Part shown: piece by piece, positions 51,607 to 62,060 of the stretch
Numbering within the stretch: position 1 is the first letter of the stretch
Layout of the letters: each line of letters opens with the position of its first letter
IMG/VR virus record: IMGVR_UViG_3300020048_000018
Span: 32,001 to 96,000 of that record
Direction: 5' to 3' (one strand)
Length of the DNA stretch: 64,000 nt
Source: a virus
Program-made: the position numbers and the translations under genes
The notes under the pieces: generated by a model
The model's input: only the letters and a program-made list of their open reading frames with translations
Databases searched by the model: none
What the model was told of the DNA's origin: nothing

Positions 51607-52407
51607 ATGAAACTAGGTCTTTTTGTAATTGACCCACAGAATGATTTCTGTGATGCAAATGGTGCTTTGTTCGTCCCTGGTGCTGATCAGGATATGAAAA
51701 AGCTTTCCGGTCTGGTAAACCGTCTCGGGAGCAAGATCAAGAATATTTTTGTGACAATGGATTCACATCATGTTTTTGACATTGCTCACCCCACTTTCTG
51801 GGTAGGCAGGGATCTCAGTAATCCTCCGGTCTACACCATCATCTCGGAAGCAGATGTTTCCACAGGAATTTGGAGAGCATCAAACCCTTCCATGCAAAAG
51901 TGGGCTGAGGAATATGTGAAGGGTCTTTCTGTCAAAGGCAGATTTCCCCTCTGTATCTGGCCCGAACATTGCCTGATTGGAAGTTGGGGTAACAACATTT
52001 ATCCTGACCTCTACAATTCCCTTACCGCACTCGAAAAGAAGGGTGCTTTTGTGCAGTACCAGACAAAAGGCTCGAACTACAAAACGGAACACTATTCTGT
52101 TTTCGAAGCTGAATATCCTGACCCTTCGGATATGTCAACTCAGTTCAACAGCCTGTTCGCAAACGCAATCAACTCAAGCGACAAAGTTTTGATTGCAGGT
52201 GAGGCCCGAACCCATTGTGTTATCAACTCCCTTCGGAGTCTGATTGATTACATGGGAGAAGATTTCATCAAGAAGATGATCTTCATCGAAGATGCCAGTT
52301 CCAATGTAACTGTAATTCCCGCCCTGATTACTGCCGCAGACGATTACTTCGCTGAACTGGTACGTAAGGGCATGGAAGTCACCACGACCGATAAGTTTTT
52401 GGCATAA
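51607..52407 (+). CDS. pncA: Nicotinamidase / isochorismatase-family cysteine hydrolase
   Basis: VIDPQNDF, TMDSH, HPTFW, WPEHC, TKG, AGEARTHCV. Confidence 0.88.
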   Translation: MKLGLFVIDPQNDFCDANGALFVPGADQDMKKLSGLVNRLGSKIKNIFVTMDSHHVFDIAHPTFWVGRDLSNPPVYTIISEADVSTGIWRASNPSMQKWAEEYVKGLSVKGRFPLCIWPEHCLIGSWGNNIYPDLYNSLTALEKKGAFVQYQTKGSNYKTEHYSVFEAEYPDPSDMSTQFNSLFANAINSSDKVLIAGEARTHCVINSLRSLIDYMGEDFIKKMIFIEDASSNVTVIPALITAADDYFAELVRKGMEVTTTDKFLA

Positions 52408-52418
52408 GGAGAATTTCT

Positions 52419-53144
52419 ATGGATACAGAAAATGAAGTAATGAATATTCCCAACACCCCGTTCTCGTACAGTGCAGTAGCACCTGAGAATCTTGGAGAGC
52501 CTGAGTACACCCTTGTTTCGTTTATTCGTGACAAGAGTGGTTCGGTCAGTCCCTTCGATGATGAAATCTCGAAAGCCCTGAACATCTCTCTCGATGCTTG
52601 CAGGAAATCCCCTCGGTCGGAAAACCTCCTCGTTCGGGCAGGAGCCTTCAACGAAAGTTTGACGGAAATTCATGGATTCACGGAACTTTCCAAACTTCCT
52701 GACTATCGGGGATGTAACTGCAACGGAGGTACCTCCCTCTTTGATGCCGTGTATTCTGCACTCGGAGCGACAGTCGCCTATGCAAACAAACTCCGAAGCA
52801 TGGACTATAGCGTAAATGCTATCATCTTTATTACTACTGATGGTCAGGACAATTCCTCAACCTTTCGTGCTCAGGAAATCAAGACCCTTATTGATGACCT
52901 TATCCAGAAGGAAGAAATTGGTTCAATCACCACAGTTCTTATCGGAGTGAATGATCAGGGTAGTCTCAGTACCTACCTCACTGACTTCAAGAACGAAGCA
53001 GGATTGACCCAGTATGTTTCGCTCGGTGATGCCACCGCAGGAAAATTGGCCCGCCTTGGTGGATTTATCAGTAAATCCATTTCGAGTTCTTCGCAGAGCC
53101 TTGCAAGCGGAACAGTTGTTTCGGTTGCTGATCTTACTTTCTAA
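52419..53144 (+). CDS. vWA-domain protein, TerY-like
   Basis: IRDKSGSV (DxSxS), GAFNE, GGTSLFDA, ITTDGQDN. Confidence 0.85.
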   Translation: MDTENEVMNIPNTPFSYSAVAPENLGEPEYTLVSFIRDKSGSVSPFDDEISKALNISLDACRKSPRSENLLVRAGAFNESLTEIHGFTELSKLPDYRGCNCNGGTSLFDAVYSALGATVAYANKLRSMDYSVNAIIFITTDGQDNSSTFRAQEIKTLIDDLIQKEEIGSITTVLIGVNDQGSLSTYLTDFKNEAGLTQYVSLGDATAGKLARLGGFISKSISSSSQSLASGTVVSVADLTF

Positions 53145-53517
53145 GGAATTAAAATGAAAACAGTTACAGTCATTTCATGGAACGCATCGGGTTACGACTG
53201 GTCTTCAGAAGAGATTGTAGCTGTTTACATTAACGAGAAAAAAGCACTTGAAAGATGCAAGCTTCTAAATGAAGCAATAGACTTATATATTGAAGGGGAA
53301 CAAAAAGCCCATAATGAAAAAGCTATTTTCACGAAAGATATTGGTAAAAATAAACTTCTGTATGTAGAGCACTTTAAAAAAGAAACTGACAACTTTAATC
53401 TTAAGATTAATACTCTGAGAAAAGAGATTGACGAGATATCGGAAATAGACAACTTTTTTGAATACATCGAGGGATGTTTCAATACTGAGACTAAACCCTT
53501 TTTTGATTAAGGAAAAA

Positions 53518-53862
53518 ATGAAAAAATTATCTGTAGATTTTGACTGTACCTTATTCTCTCTTAGTGAAAACTGGCCCGAAGTGGGAAAACAAAAATTAAT
53601 TCACAAGTTTGTTGCTTCTTACGTTCGGCGTAAAAAGAAACAAGGTTGGGTTATTATCTTGAATACAATGAGAGAATATAGTAAAGGTCTTGATATTGCG
53701 GTAGAAGCTTGCAAGGCACATAACATTCCCATTGATTATGTAAATGAAAATTACCCTCCTGACATAGAACGTTGGGGAGAGAGTAGGAAAATAGGTGCCA
53801 CCAGAAGTATCGATGATACCCAGATTGGTATTATTGGATGGGCATTGAGAACATTTTCATAA
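53518..53862 (+). CDS. Short HAD-superfamily phosphatase
   Basis: LSVDFDCTL, ILNTMR, IDD; start ATG 53518 behind AAGGA. Confidence 0.75.
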   Translation: MKKLSVDFDCTLFSLSENWPEVGKQKLIHKFVASYVRRKKKQGWVIILNTMREYSKGLDIAVEACKAHNIPIDYVNENYPPDIERWGESRKIGATRSIDDTQIGIIGWALRTFS

Positions 53863-53877
53863 CAAGGGAAAACAAAG

Positions 53878-54720
53878 ATGATAAAGAATGTAGACAACTT
53901 TTTCTATATAGGAAAATCTCATACAGTCTGTGATGATTTCTCTCTCTCAAAATCTTGGGATTCCTCAGGAGAAACTATTACCCTTTCCATAGTTTCTGAT
54001 GGATGTTCAAACTCCAAGAACAGTGATATCGGTTCAAGGATGTTATGTTCTGACATCATGAGAGTTTGCTCAAAAGTACAAGAGAATTTTGAGAATTGTA
54101 AAAATACAATACTTTCAGGACTTAAGTTTATTTTTTATGACCTTATGGACAGATATGGGAACATTTATGGAGCAAGCTTTTTAGATTGCACACTCTTGAT
54201 TGCTCTCTCAAATAAAGATATTACAGAAGTGTTTGTATTCGGAGATGGTTCCCTTCTTGTGGATTACAGAGACCACAATTCTTATAGGGGTGGTATTGAG
54301 TTTTACAATTTTGAGTTTGAAAATAATGCTCCTCCCTATCAATCCTATAGGATGAATGAAGAAAGGGAAAGAAGATATTTGAAACTCGCTCCCACAATGA
54401 CAGTAGAAGTTTTTTCAGACATTAAGGAAAACTGTTCTGTAAGAGTACATGAACAAAATCTTCTGAGCGTAAAAACTTTTAAGTTTTTGCATGAGGATAT
54501 TTATAGGTTGATTCTATGCACAGATGGAGTTTCTTCTTTTAGTAATAAGGTAACAGGAGAAATTAAAAGCTTCAGTGATATAGGGAAAGAGCTTATAGCA
54601 ATTAAAAATGATACTGGGGTTTTTTTACAGAGAAGGGCAAAGCGTATCTTGGAAGACATGGGGAAAGAAAACTTTTTCAACCAAGATGATTTTTCTGCCT
54701 GTGCAATTTTGTATATATAA
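53878..54720 (+). CDS. PP2C-family protein phosphatase (TerY-P type)
   Basis: GKSHTVCDD, IVSDGCSN..SDIGS, LCTDGV, NQDDFS. Confidence 0.88.
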   Translation: MIKNVDNFFYIGKSHTVCDDFSLSKSWDSSGETITLSIVSDGCSNSKNSDIGSRMLCSDIMRVCSKVQENFENCKNTILSGLKFIFYDLMDRYGNIYGASFLDCTLLIALSNKDITEVFVFGDGSLLVDYRDHNSYRGGIEFYNFEFENNAPPYQSYRMNEERERRYLKLAPTMTVEVFSDIKENCSVRVHEQNLLSVKTFKFLHEDIYRLILCTDGVSSFSNKVTGEIKSFSDIGKELIAIKNDTGVFLQRRAKRILEDMGKENFFNQDDFSACAILYI

Positions 54721-54731
54721 GGAGAGCTGTT

Positions 54732-56438
54732 GTGAAAAAAGTTTTATGCAATGGAAAACAAGTAACTCTCCGTGATTCGGATTTTCTATCCTCTGGTGGA
54801 GAAGGGGAAATCTATAAGAAAGATGGACTCATATACAAAGTCTATATAAATAGAATTGATCAGAACAAAGAAAAGAAACTAAAGTTTCTTTCTATCCTAA
54901 GCAAAGACAATATCATTTCTCCTAAGGATATCCTGTACTCAGCCTCAAACGAGCCTGTTGGATATACAATGAATCTCGTGGACAACTCAAGTTCACTTGC
55001 ACTTTTATTCACCAACTCGTTTAAGAAAAGAAACAGTATTACTTCAACCCATCTTGAAAAAATATTTCTTAAGATGTCGGAGACCATAAAATATATCCAT
55101 GAAAAAGATATTATAATTGTGGATGGGAACGAATTAAATTACTTGATTTCAAACTCTGATTTCAGTACACCTTATTTTATAGACGTTGACAGCTACGAAA
55201 CTAAGGACTTTCCCGCTACGGTTATCATGCCCTCTATAAGAGATTTTTGTACTAAAGGGTTTTCAGAAAATACAGATTGGTATTCCTTTGCCATCTTGAT
55301 GTTTCAACTGTACGTTGGTATACATCCTTACAAAGGATATCATCCTAAGTACAATATCGTAAACTACAATGGGGTAGAAAAGAAAGTTGATAATTTAGAG
55401 GAACGATGCAAGAACAAAGTTTCTATATATAATTCAAGTGTTAAGTATCCTCCTTTTGTGGACTTGAATAATATTCCTTCAAACTTAAATGATTGGTTTA
55501 TTTCGATATTCGAGAAAGGTGAAAGAACTCCCCCACCAAATATTGTATCTGCTACATTGGCTATTGCTCCGAGGATGGTAATTAATTATAGCCAAGGTGT
55601 TGATCAGACTTTGCTCAATACTTACTCTGGAAATATTTCAAGGGTATTTTTTATCCGTGGTCAAATGTTGGTTATTACGGAGAATAACTATTACTACAAT
55701 AATCAGCAGTACAATAAAAAGTACCATAAGGAAGTACCTCTCATCGTTGAGGAAAAAGGTAACATTGCAATATATCATGTATCCAAAGGTCTTGACTGGC
55801 TTTTAGTACACAACAGAGACATGGACGAACAAAAGTTTGAGTTGCCTACTCTCCAGAAAGTTATGTATTCTAACAACCGGTTATTTGCTTTGACTGATGA
55901 TCAATTGCTTGAGCTTGAAATTAATCCTTATACACACAAACTTTCTACCAAGGAAAGCAGGAGTGTATTAGCAAATGCTTCCAAGTTCTTTATGAACTGT
56001 ATGTACTGTGACTCTTTTGGAAATGCGCTGTTCTATATTCCAGAAGTGAAAGAAGGGAATAATGTTCTTCATGTTATCAAGGTAACTCAGTTGAACTCTC
56101 ATAAAATAATTGATGCGTATTATGAGAACTCAACTCTTATTACTATCAGCAAGTTTAAGTCTGATTATTATAAAACTCTCACAAAGTTTGATGAACATTT
56201 TATTAAGAATGAATTTGTTCAAGAAACTTGTAATCTACAGGAAGTAAACGCAACTGTAATATCAAATGGTATGAGCTTGGTTATTGAAGAAGACACATTA
56301 GAAATAAGTGCAAAGTATAGTGTCAACAGAAAAAAGGTGAATGTCAATCTTGACATGCAATTATCCCATAAGGGAAATGAAGTTCTTGGATTCAGAAACA
56401 ATGAACTTTATTCTCTAAGTTTAAAGAAAGGAAACTAA
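54732..56438 (+). CDS. Ser/Thr protein kinase with C-terminal beta-rich domain
   Basis: SSGGEGEIY, IYKVY, IVDGNELNYL, FIDVDSY, TDWYSFAI, GIHPYKG. Confidence 0.88.
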   Translation: MKKVLCNGKQVTLRDSDFLSSGGEGEIYKKDGLIYKVYINRIDQNKEKKLKFLSILSKDNIISPKDILYSASNEPVGYTMNLVDNSSSLALLFTNSFKKRNSITSTHLEKIFLKMSETIKYIHEKDIIIVDGNELNYLISNSDFSTPYFIDVDSYETKDFPATVIMPSIRDFCTKGFSENTDWYSFAILMFQLYVGIHPYKGYHPKYNIVNYNGVEKKVDNLEERCKNKVSIYNSSVKYPPFVDLNNIPSNLNDWFISIFEKGERTPPPNIVSATLAIAPRMVINYSQGVDQTLLNTYSGNISRVFFIRGQMLVITENNYYYNNQQYNKKYHKEVPLIVEEKGNIAIYHVSKGLDWLLVHNRDMDEQKFELPTLQKVMYSNNRLFALTDDQLLELEINPYTHKLSTKESRSVLANASKFFMNCMYCDSFGNALFYIPEVKEGNNVLHVIKVTQLNSHKIIDAYYENSTLITISKFKSDYYKTLTKFDEHFIKNEFVQETCNLQEVNATVISNGMSLVIEEDTLEISAKYSVNRKKVNVNLDMQLSHKGNEVLGFRNNELYSLSLKKGN

Positions 56439-56439
56439 C

Positions 56440-56889
56440 ATGAAGCAATCAGAAAAGGCACAACAACTTAAAGACCTCATCACAAAAGAAACAGATAAAT
56501 ACTTGTCACATTGGACACCTGAGGAAATTAAGGAAAGATTATTAACAACACTTAATTCTGAGGTTTCATCCGTTATGACCAATGCGTTAGGCTTTGATAG
56601 CGATAGATGGTCTGGAAGACTTACTCTCAGAAGTTCATCACCTCTCTATGTGAAGGCTATGAAAATAGTGAATGACATAGCAGATAAATATGAATTCAAA
56701 GAACCTGAGTTCACTGACAAAGAAAAGGCACGATTCCAATCTGCTTACGATAGGGCTTATAAAAACACTTTGATAGACCTTGCAGAAGAACGTGCAAGAG
56801 GAGATGCCCAGAAGTTTTTTGATTCTATTTCAAGTACGATTGATTACTCTGAAGTTAAGAAATCTTCTCAGGACAACACCGATATTTGA
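56440..56889 (+). CDS. Hypothetical helical protein
   Basis: 149-aa ORF with SD. Confidence 0.7.
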   Translation: MKQSEKAQQLKDLITKETDKYLSHWTPEEIKERLLTTLNSEVSSVMTNALGFDSDRWSGRLTLRSSSPLYVKAMKIVNDIADKYEFKEPEFTDKEKARFQSAYDRAYKNTLIDLAEERARGDAQKFFDSISSTIDYSEVKKSSQDNTDI

Positions 56890-57398
56890 TAAGTTGTTAA
56901 TATAACATTAAGGAAGATTAAAAAATGGGAAATAAAATGCCTATAGCATGGCACAAAGAGGGCTTGTTTAATTGGGGTAAATCCATTGAACGAGAAGAAA
57001 AAGAATTGAAGGTAAGAATTGAATCTCTTAATGTTATGAAAGATAAATATGGCTTCTACAAAAAACAAATTGAAGAAGCAGAAGTTCAAGGAAAAGATAG
57101 TTTTGATAATGATAAGTTTTTAGTTTCTCGACCTAAAAAATAATCTAACCCAAAAACTAACAACCTCTCAACACGTAAGGATTATTAAATGATTTATGGA
57201 ATTATCCTCCTCTGCCTTGCATTCTATTTTATTGGTGCAGGGCATTCTCAATACCATGAAAGCAAAATTGCTGAAAATGGTGGAACAACATTATACAAGG
57301 GAATTATTTATCGGTATGTGAAAGTACCTGAATCTCATAAACCCGAAACCGTAATTGAATCTCCTGACAAATCAGCAGAGAAATAAACGTAGGAAAAA

Positions 57399-58670
57399 AT
57401 GAAAACATACACAAATCTAACTCATGAAAACAATGCTCTGGTGAAATTTATTAACTCCAATTCAGACTGGCTTAAAATCCTGTCTGATGAAAGGGGTGTT
57501 TATGCTTTAAAAATTAAACAGTCAACTTGGAAAGGGGAAGAAAATCTTTGGATGTTTTCCTACAACCAAATTAAATCAAACTTCCGTTACCAAGAATGTT
57601 GTGTAGCCCGAGGTATCATTCTTGAAATTATCGATAACAAGGTAACTCAGATTGTTCGCCATGCATTTGATAAGTTTTTTAATTCTCAGGAAGGTTTGTC
57701 TGCAAAGATAGATTTCACTTCTCCCGATACTGTATCCTCAATGAAAATGGATGGCTCAATCATAGCCCTATATAATTATCAGGGTAGATGGAATTGGTCT
57801 ACCAATGGTATGTTCCATGCAGAAGATGCAACACTTTCTGATGTCCCTGCTTTTGCATTGGACGGAGCAGAAGACTCACAGACTTTCAACGACCTTATCC
57901 AGTATTGTGTAAAAAAACAAGGAATTGAGGAATCTTGGTTTCTTGATTGCTTTACCTATGTATTTGAACTTACCTCACCAAGAAATAGGATTGTAACTCC
58001 TTACCAAGATACAAAACTTACTCTTATCGGTATAAGAAATAATCTTACGGATGACGAAGTGGATGTGTTTACTTCTCCTCTTGCAACTTTAATACCTACC
58101 CCTGAAATTTTTAAGTTTGCTTCTCTTGAAGAAGCTCTTGAAAGTGCAGACAAACTTCCTGACCTACTTGAGGGATATGTTACACGAGGTAAGATGTTGG
58201 AAAATGGATCTTATGAAAGAAGTAAATCTAAATCTGCATCCTATATTAAAACTCACCATATCCGTGGAGAGAACAACTTCTCTAACAAGCAGTTGTTTGA
58301 AGTTGCTCAGGCTAATGAGACTGGGGAAGTAGAAGCATATTTCCCTGAGATTAAAGAAAAGATTGCGAAAGTATTGTCTTCTTTCAATACCCTGAAAGAA
58401 AGAGTTCTTGACGAAGTTAATATTGGTATGGTAAAATGGACTAGTCTCTGTAATGAAGACCCGCTTTACAAGTACTCTGATGTAAACGTAAAAAAGAAAT
58501 ACGAAACTTGGGTAAATAGTCCAGAGGTAGATGCAGGATACCGCTCGTTTATGTTCCTTATACATAAGGGTAATCCGGTTGCAATGTTAGACAATTATTT
58601 TAAGACAGTCAATTGGAAAGATTACAAGAATCTCCTTTTGAAAATTAACAAAGAGAATATGGAGGATTAA
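57399..58670 (+). CDS. RNA ligase, T4 Rnl1 family
   Basis: ARGIILE, AFDKFFN, motif I KMDGS, FELTSPRNRIV, EGYV, KSKSASY. Confidence 0.9.
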   Translation: MKTYTNLTHENNALVKFINSNSDWLKILSDERGVYALKIKQSTWKGEENLWMFSYNQIKSNFRYQECCVARGIILEIIDNKVTQIVRHAFDKFFNSQEGLSAKIDFTSPDTVSSMKMDGSIIALYNYQGRWNWSTNGMFHAEDATLSDVPAFALDGAEDSQTFNDLIQYCVKKQGIEESWFLDCFTYVFELTSPRNRIVTPYQDTKLTLIGIRNNLTDDEVDVFTSPLATLIPTPEIFKFASLEEALESADKLPDLLEGYVTRGKMLENGSYERSKSKSASYIKTHHIRGENNFSNKQLFEVAQANETGEVEAYFPEIKEKIAKVLSSFNTLKERVLDEVNIGMVKWTSLCNEDPLYKYSDVNVKKKYETWVNSPEVDAGYRSFMFLIHKGNPVAMLDNYFKTVNWKDYKNLLLKINKENMED

Positions 58671-58673
58671 TTT

Positions 58674-60572
58674 ATGGCAAATGAAGAAAGAATTGCAGAG
58701 CTTGTAAAAGATATTAAATTTTATCAAGACGATTATTACAATGGGGGACAAACAATCTCGGACTCCGATTTTGATGACCTCTGGAATGAACTCACAAAAC
58801 TTGACCCTAAAAACCCCATCTTGGGTGCGATAGGGTCAGACATGGAAGATGATGTTGAGGAAAGCTTCGATGGATTTGCAAAAGCAAAGCATATAATCCC
58901 AATGGGTTCTCAGCAAAAAGCCGCAAGTCCCGAGGAGTTTCTTACTTGGGGTAAAAAACATATCTATCCTGAGTACCTTGTCCAATTCAAATGTGATGGT
59001 GCTAGTTTAGAACTACAATATGAAAAAGGAATTCTACTTCGGGGTATTACCCGTGGAGACGGAAATTTTGGTGACGATATCACAGACAATGTTCGTAAGA
59101 TGAAAAATGTTGTTCTTAAACTTCCTGTACCTTTTACTGGGGGTATTCGTGGAGAAGTAATTATGGAGCATACTGTTCATAAAAACTTTTTTTCTGATAA
59201 AGCAAATTGTAGAAACGCCGCTGTAGGTCTTATGAAAAAGAAAGACGGAACAGGTTCAGAACATCTTAAAGTTATAACCTACGATGCAACTCCTACAGAC
59301 GGTAATTCCTACTTTATTACAGAGGAAGACAAAATCGAATGGCTCAAAGAAATGGGTTTCGAGATTGTAACTACAGTTATAGTGGAATCACTGGAAGAAG
59401 TAATTGATTATCGAGCACAAGTAATGTCTACTCGTCCTTCACTTGATTATGATATTGATGGTCTTGTTGTTAAGAACAACAGTATTGATCAGGCTGACCT
59501 TGCTAAACATCGTCCAGACAAACAGATTGCTTTTAAGTTCTCACTCGATGAAGCAGTAGCACCAATCCTCTCGGTTCGTTGGAGTGAGACCGGTGCTTCC
59601 TATACCCCAGTTGCACAGATTGAACCTACACAACTTTGTGGTACAACCGTTAGACAAGCAAACCTTTGTAATCCTAACATGATTACAAAAATGGATCTTA
59701 GAATTGGTTCACTCATTGTTATCACAAAACGTGGTGAGATTATTCCTAAGATTGAATCCCTTGTGGAAAATCCTGAAGGTTCAACACCAATTGAAATTCC
59801 TACGGAATGTTCTACCTGTGGTTCTAAACTTGTAAATGAAGGTACCCGATTGTATTGCCCGAACAGCACTTGCAGTAAAAAAGGTATTCATCAGATTATG
59901 AAATGGATAAAGACTCTTAAAATAAAAGAGTTTGGTACTGCTCTGGTAGATAGTCTCTACAGAGAAAAACTTATTACTTCCATTTATAGCTTGTATGTTT
60001 TGAAAACTTCTGACCTTGCAAACCTTGATCGTATGGGTGAAAAAAGTGCTTTGAAAGTATTGAAGAACCGAGATGCAATTAAATCAATTTCACTTCCTAA
60101 GTTTATTGCCGGATTTGACATTGAGGATATCGGACAGACTCTTGTAGAAAAACTTGAAGCAAGTGGATTTGATACTCTTGAAAAAATCTTAAAGATTAGA
60201 GTTTCTGAGATTTCTGACTTAAAGGGATTCAATACGATTACTGCTGAAAAGATTGTTAAGGGTCTTTCTGAAAATGCAGACCAGATGAGAAAACTTTCAA
60301 AAGATTTCATCACGATTGAACAGAAGTCCTTGCCAACAGATGGAGGAAAACTTAAGGGAATGTCCTTTGTATTCACCGGAGCACTTAATAATATTAAGAG
60401 AGCTGAAGCTGAAGATTTGGTTAAATCTTTGGGGGGTACAATTACGAGTGTTAATAAAAATTTATCGTTCCTTGTGACAAATGAATCCAGTAGTTCCGCA
60501 AAGTATCTAAAAGCATCTGAACTAGGTATTCCTGTCATTGATGAAGAAACTTTCTTAAATATGACAAGATAA
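58674..60572 (+). CDS. ligA: NAD-dependent DNA ligase with BRCT domain
   Basis: KCDGAS, TRGDG..GDDIT, IRGEV, DIDGLV, AFKF, KRGEIIP, CSTC..C..C Zn finger, HhH, FVFTG BRCT. Confidence 0.96.
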   Translation: MANEERIAELVKDIKFYQDDYYNGGQTISDSDFDDLWNELTKLDPKNPILGAIGSDMEDDVEESFDGFAKAKHIIPMGSQQKAASPEEFLTWGKKHIYPEYLVQFKCDGASLELQYEKGILLRGITRGDGNFGDDITDNVRKMKNVVLKLPVPFTGGIRGEVIMEHTVHKNFFSDKANCRNAAVGLMKKKDGTGSEHLKVITYDATPTDGNSYFITEEDKIEWLKEMGFEIVTTVIVESLEEVIDYRAQVMSTRPSLDYDIDGLVVKNNSIDQADLAKHRPDKQIAFKFSLDEAVAPILSVRWSETGASYTPVAQIEPTQLCGTTVRQANLCNPNMITKMDLRIGSLIVITKRGEIIPKIESLVENPEGSTPIEIPTECSTCGSKLVNEGTRLYCPNSTCSKKGIHQIMKWIKTLKIKEFGTALVDSLYREKLITSIYSLYVLKTSDLANLDRMGEKSALKVLKNRDAIKSISLPKFIAGFDIEDIGQTLVEKLEASGFDTLEKILKIRVSEISDLKGFNTITAEKIVKGLSENADQMRKLSKDFITIEQKSLPTDGGKLKGMSFVFTGALNNIKRAEAEDLVKSLGGTITSVNKNLSFLVTNESSSSAKYLKASELGIPVIDEETFLNMTR

Positions 60573-60843
60573 TTATTTGCATTAATTCCAACTAACTTCC
60601 TATCATGCCAATGAAAATCTTGGACATCTTGGAAGTTTGTTTGGTTTTAAAGGAAACAGAGCTTACCCCAGAACAAAAACACAAACTTATCAGTGTGAAC
60701 TTCCGAACTACTAAGGTTTTAGAGGATGAAAAATGCGAAAATTGTATAAAACATCGATATGTCTTAAAATGTACTAAAATAATGTGTATATTACTTAGAT
60801 CTTATGTTTTTGGAAATTGCATTTGTAATCAATATTCTAAAAA

Positions 60844-60889
60844 ATAGTTTTGAACTTTTTCAAAATATCCTATATATTATATATGTAAG
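60844..60889 (+). promoter_or_regulatory. Repeated promoter, copy 15
   Basis: Same motif (left arm ATAGTT). Confidence 0.85.
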
Positions 60890-60908
60890 GATGAAAAAGG
60901 GGTCAAAT

Positions 60909-62060
60909 ATGAAATATGAAGTAGTTAAAGTGGCTTTTCCTGAGTTTATGGACTATCTCGAACGAATGAACAAAAAAATCAAAAAGTTTGGAAAAGCCAT
61001 CACAATTGAAAATACTGAGGAAGCTACCAAGTATGATGACCGAAAGAACCCCTACCAAGTAGTTCTTGTTACCCTGAGTAACCCTGAAATAGTCAGTAAT
61101 GGGAAGAATGTTACCTCTGTAGGAATGATTTCCATAAAAGACGGAATAAAAACCGTCTACAACACCAATGAAAAGTTTGTCTTGAATACAATGGAATTGA
61201 GATGCGATCATTGCAATAAGAATCGAAAAAGAAATAAATACTACGTCTTTGAAGAAAACGGTAAAGCCCTTATGATAGGCTCAGGATGTTCCGAGGAATA
61301 TTTTGGTATAAATGTTGAGGGTTACATCCAAAGTTACTTCGACTATTTTGGAACTCCCGATGATGAAGACTCCAAAGGTGAGGATTTTTCCAATATTTCT
61401 AACTATGGCGACAATATCAATGTTGTAATTCAGGCGGTTTACCTCGCCACCAATAAATGGACTAAGTATTTAAGCAGGGATAAAGCTGAAATAATGGGGA
61501 CTACCTCTACCGCAACCTCAGTAGCCGGTATCTTAGGAAATAAATTCGAGTATATCTATAATAGGGACTATTCCCTTCGCCCCGAACTCGAAGGTCTGGA
61601 TTGCGAGGAGGTTAAAAAAACTTTAATCTCTAAGTATTCCAATATGGTTCCTACAGGGGATTTTGAGTACAATATCAAATCCATGCTTTTCTATGAAGAT
61701 GATACCCTCCGAGACGTTTTCAAGTCTGTAGGAATAGTTGCTTTCGCAATTTTCAAAGCCATGCAACGTGAACCTGAGGAAGGTCCGAAACAAGAAAGCA
61801 AATACCTTGGTGCAGTAGGTGACAAAGTTCAATGCAAAGTAACCCTCAAGGATGTTCGCTCCTTCGATACCATGTATGGTACAAGCTACCTAATGACTTT
61901 CGATGATGAAGCAGGGAATGTCATAAAAACTTTTACCACTGGTGCAATCGTCGATGTAGAAGTTGGAACCGTCCTTACTATCAAAGGTACTATCAAGGTA
62001 CTCGAAGAATACAAAGGGGTAAAAAATACCCAACTTACCCGAGTGAAAATTGTAAACTAA
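60909..62060 (+). CDS. Phage protein with Zn-binding segment and C-terminal OB-like domain
   Basis: CDHC...GSGC; SKYLGAVGDK...FDTMYG...KGVKNTQLTRVK; ATG 60909 preferred (track start lies upstream of promoter). Confidence 0.7.
   Translation: MKYEVVKVAFPEFMDYLERMNKKIKKFGKAITIENTEEATKYDDRKNPYQVVLVTLSNPEIVSNGKNVTSVGMISIKDGIKTVYNTNEKFVLNTMELRCDHCNKNRKRNKYYVFEENGKALMIGSGCSEEYFGINVEGYIQSYFDYFGTPDDEDSKGEDFSNISNYGDNINVVIQAVYLATNKWTKYLSRDKAEIMGTTSTATSVAGILGNKFEYIYNRDYSLRPELEGLDCEEVKKTLISKYSNMVPTGDFEYNIKSMLFYEDDTLRDVFKSVGIVAFAIFKAMQREPEEGPKQESKYLGAVGDKVQCKVTLKDVRSFDTMYGTSYLMTFDDEAGNVIKTFTTGAIVDVEVGTVLTIKGTIKVLEEYKGVKNTQLTRVKIVN

Noticed and set aside
60804-60908. N-terminal extension of the 60804-62060 ORF
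   Set aside because: Runs through promoter copy 15; ATG 60909 follows the promoter and a purine-rich SD
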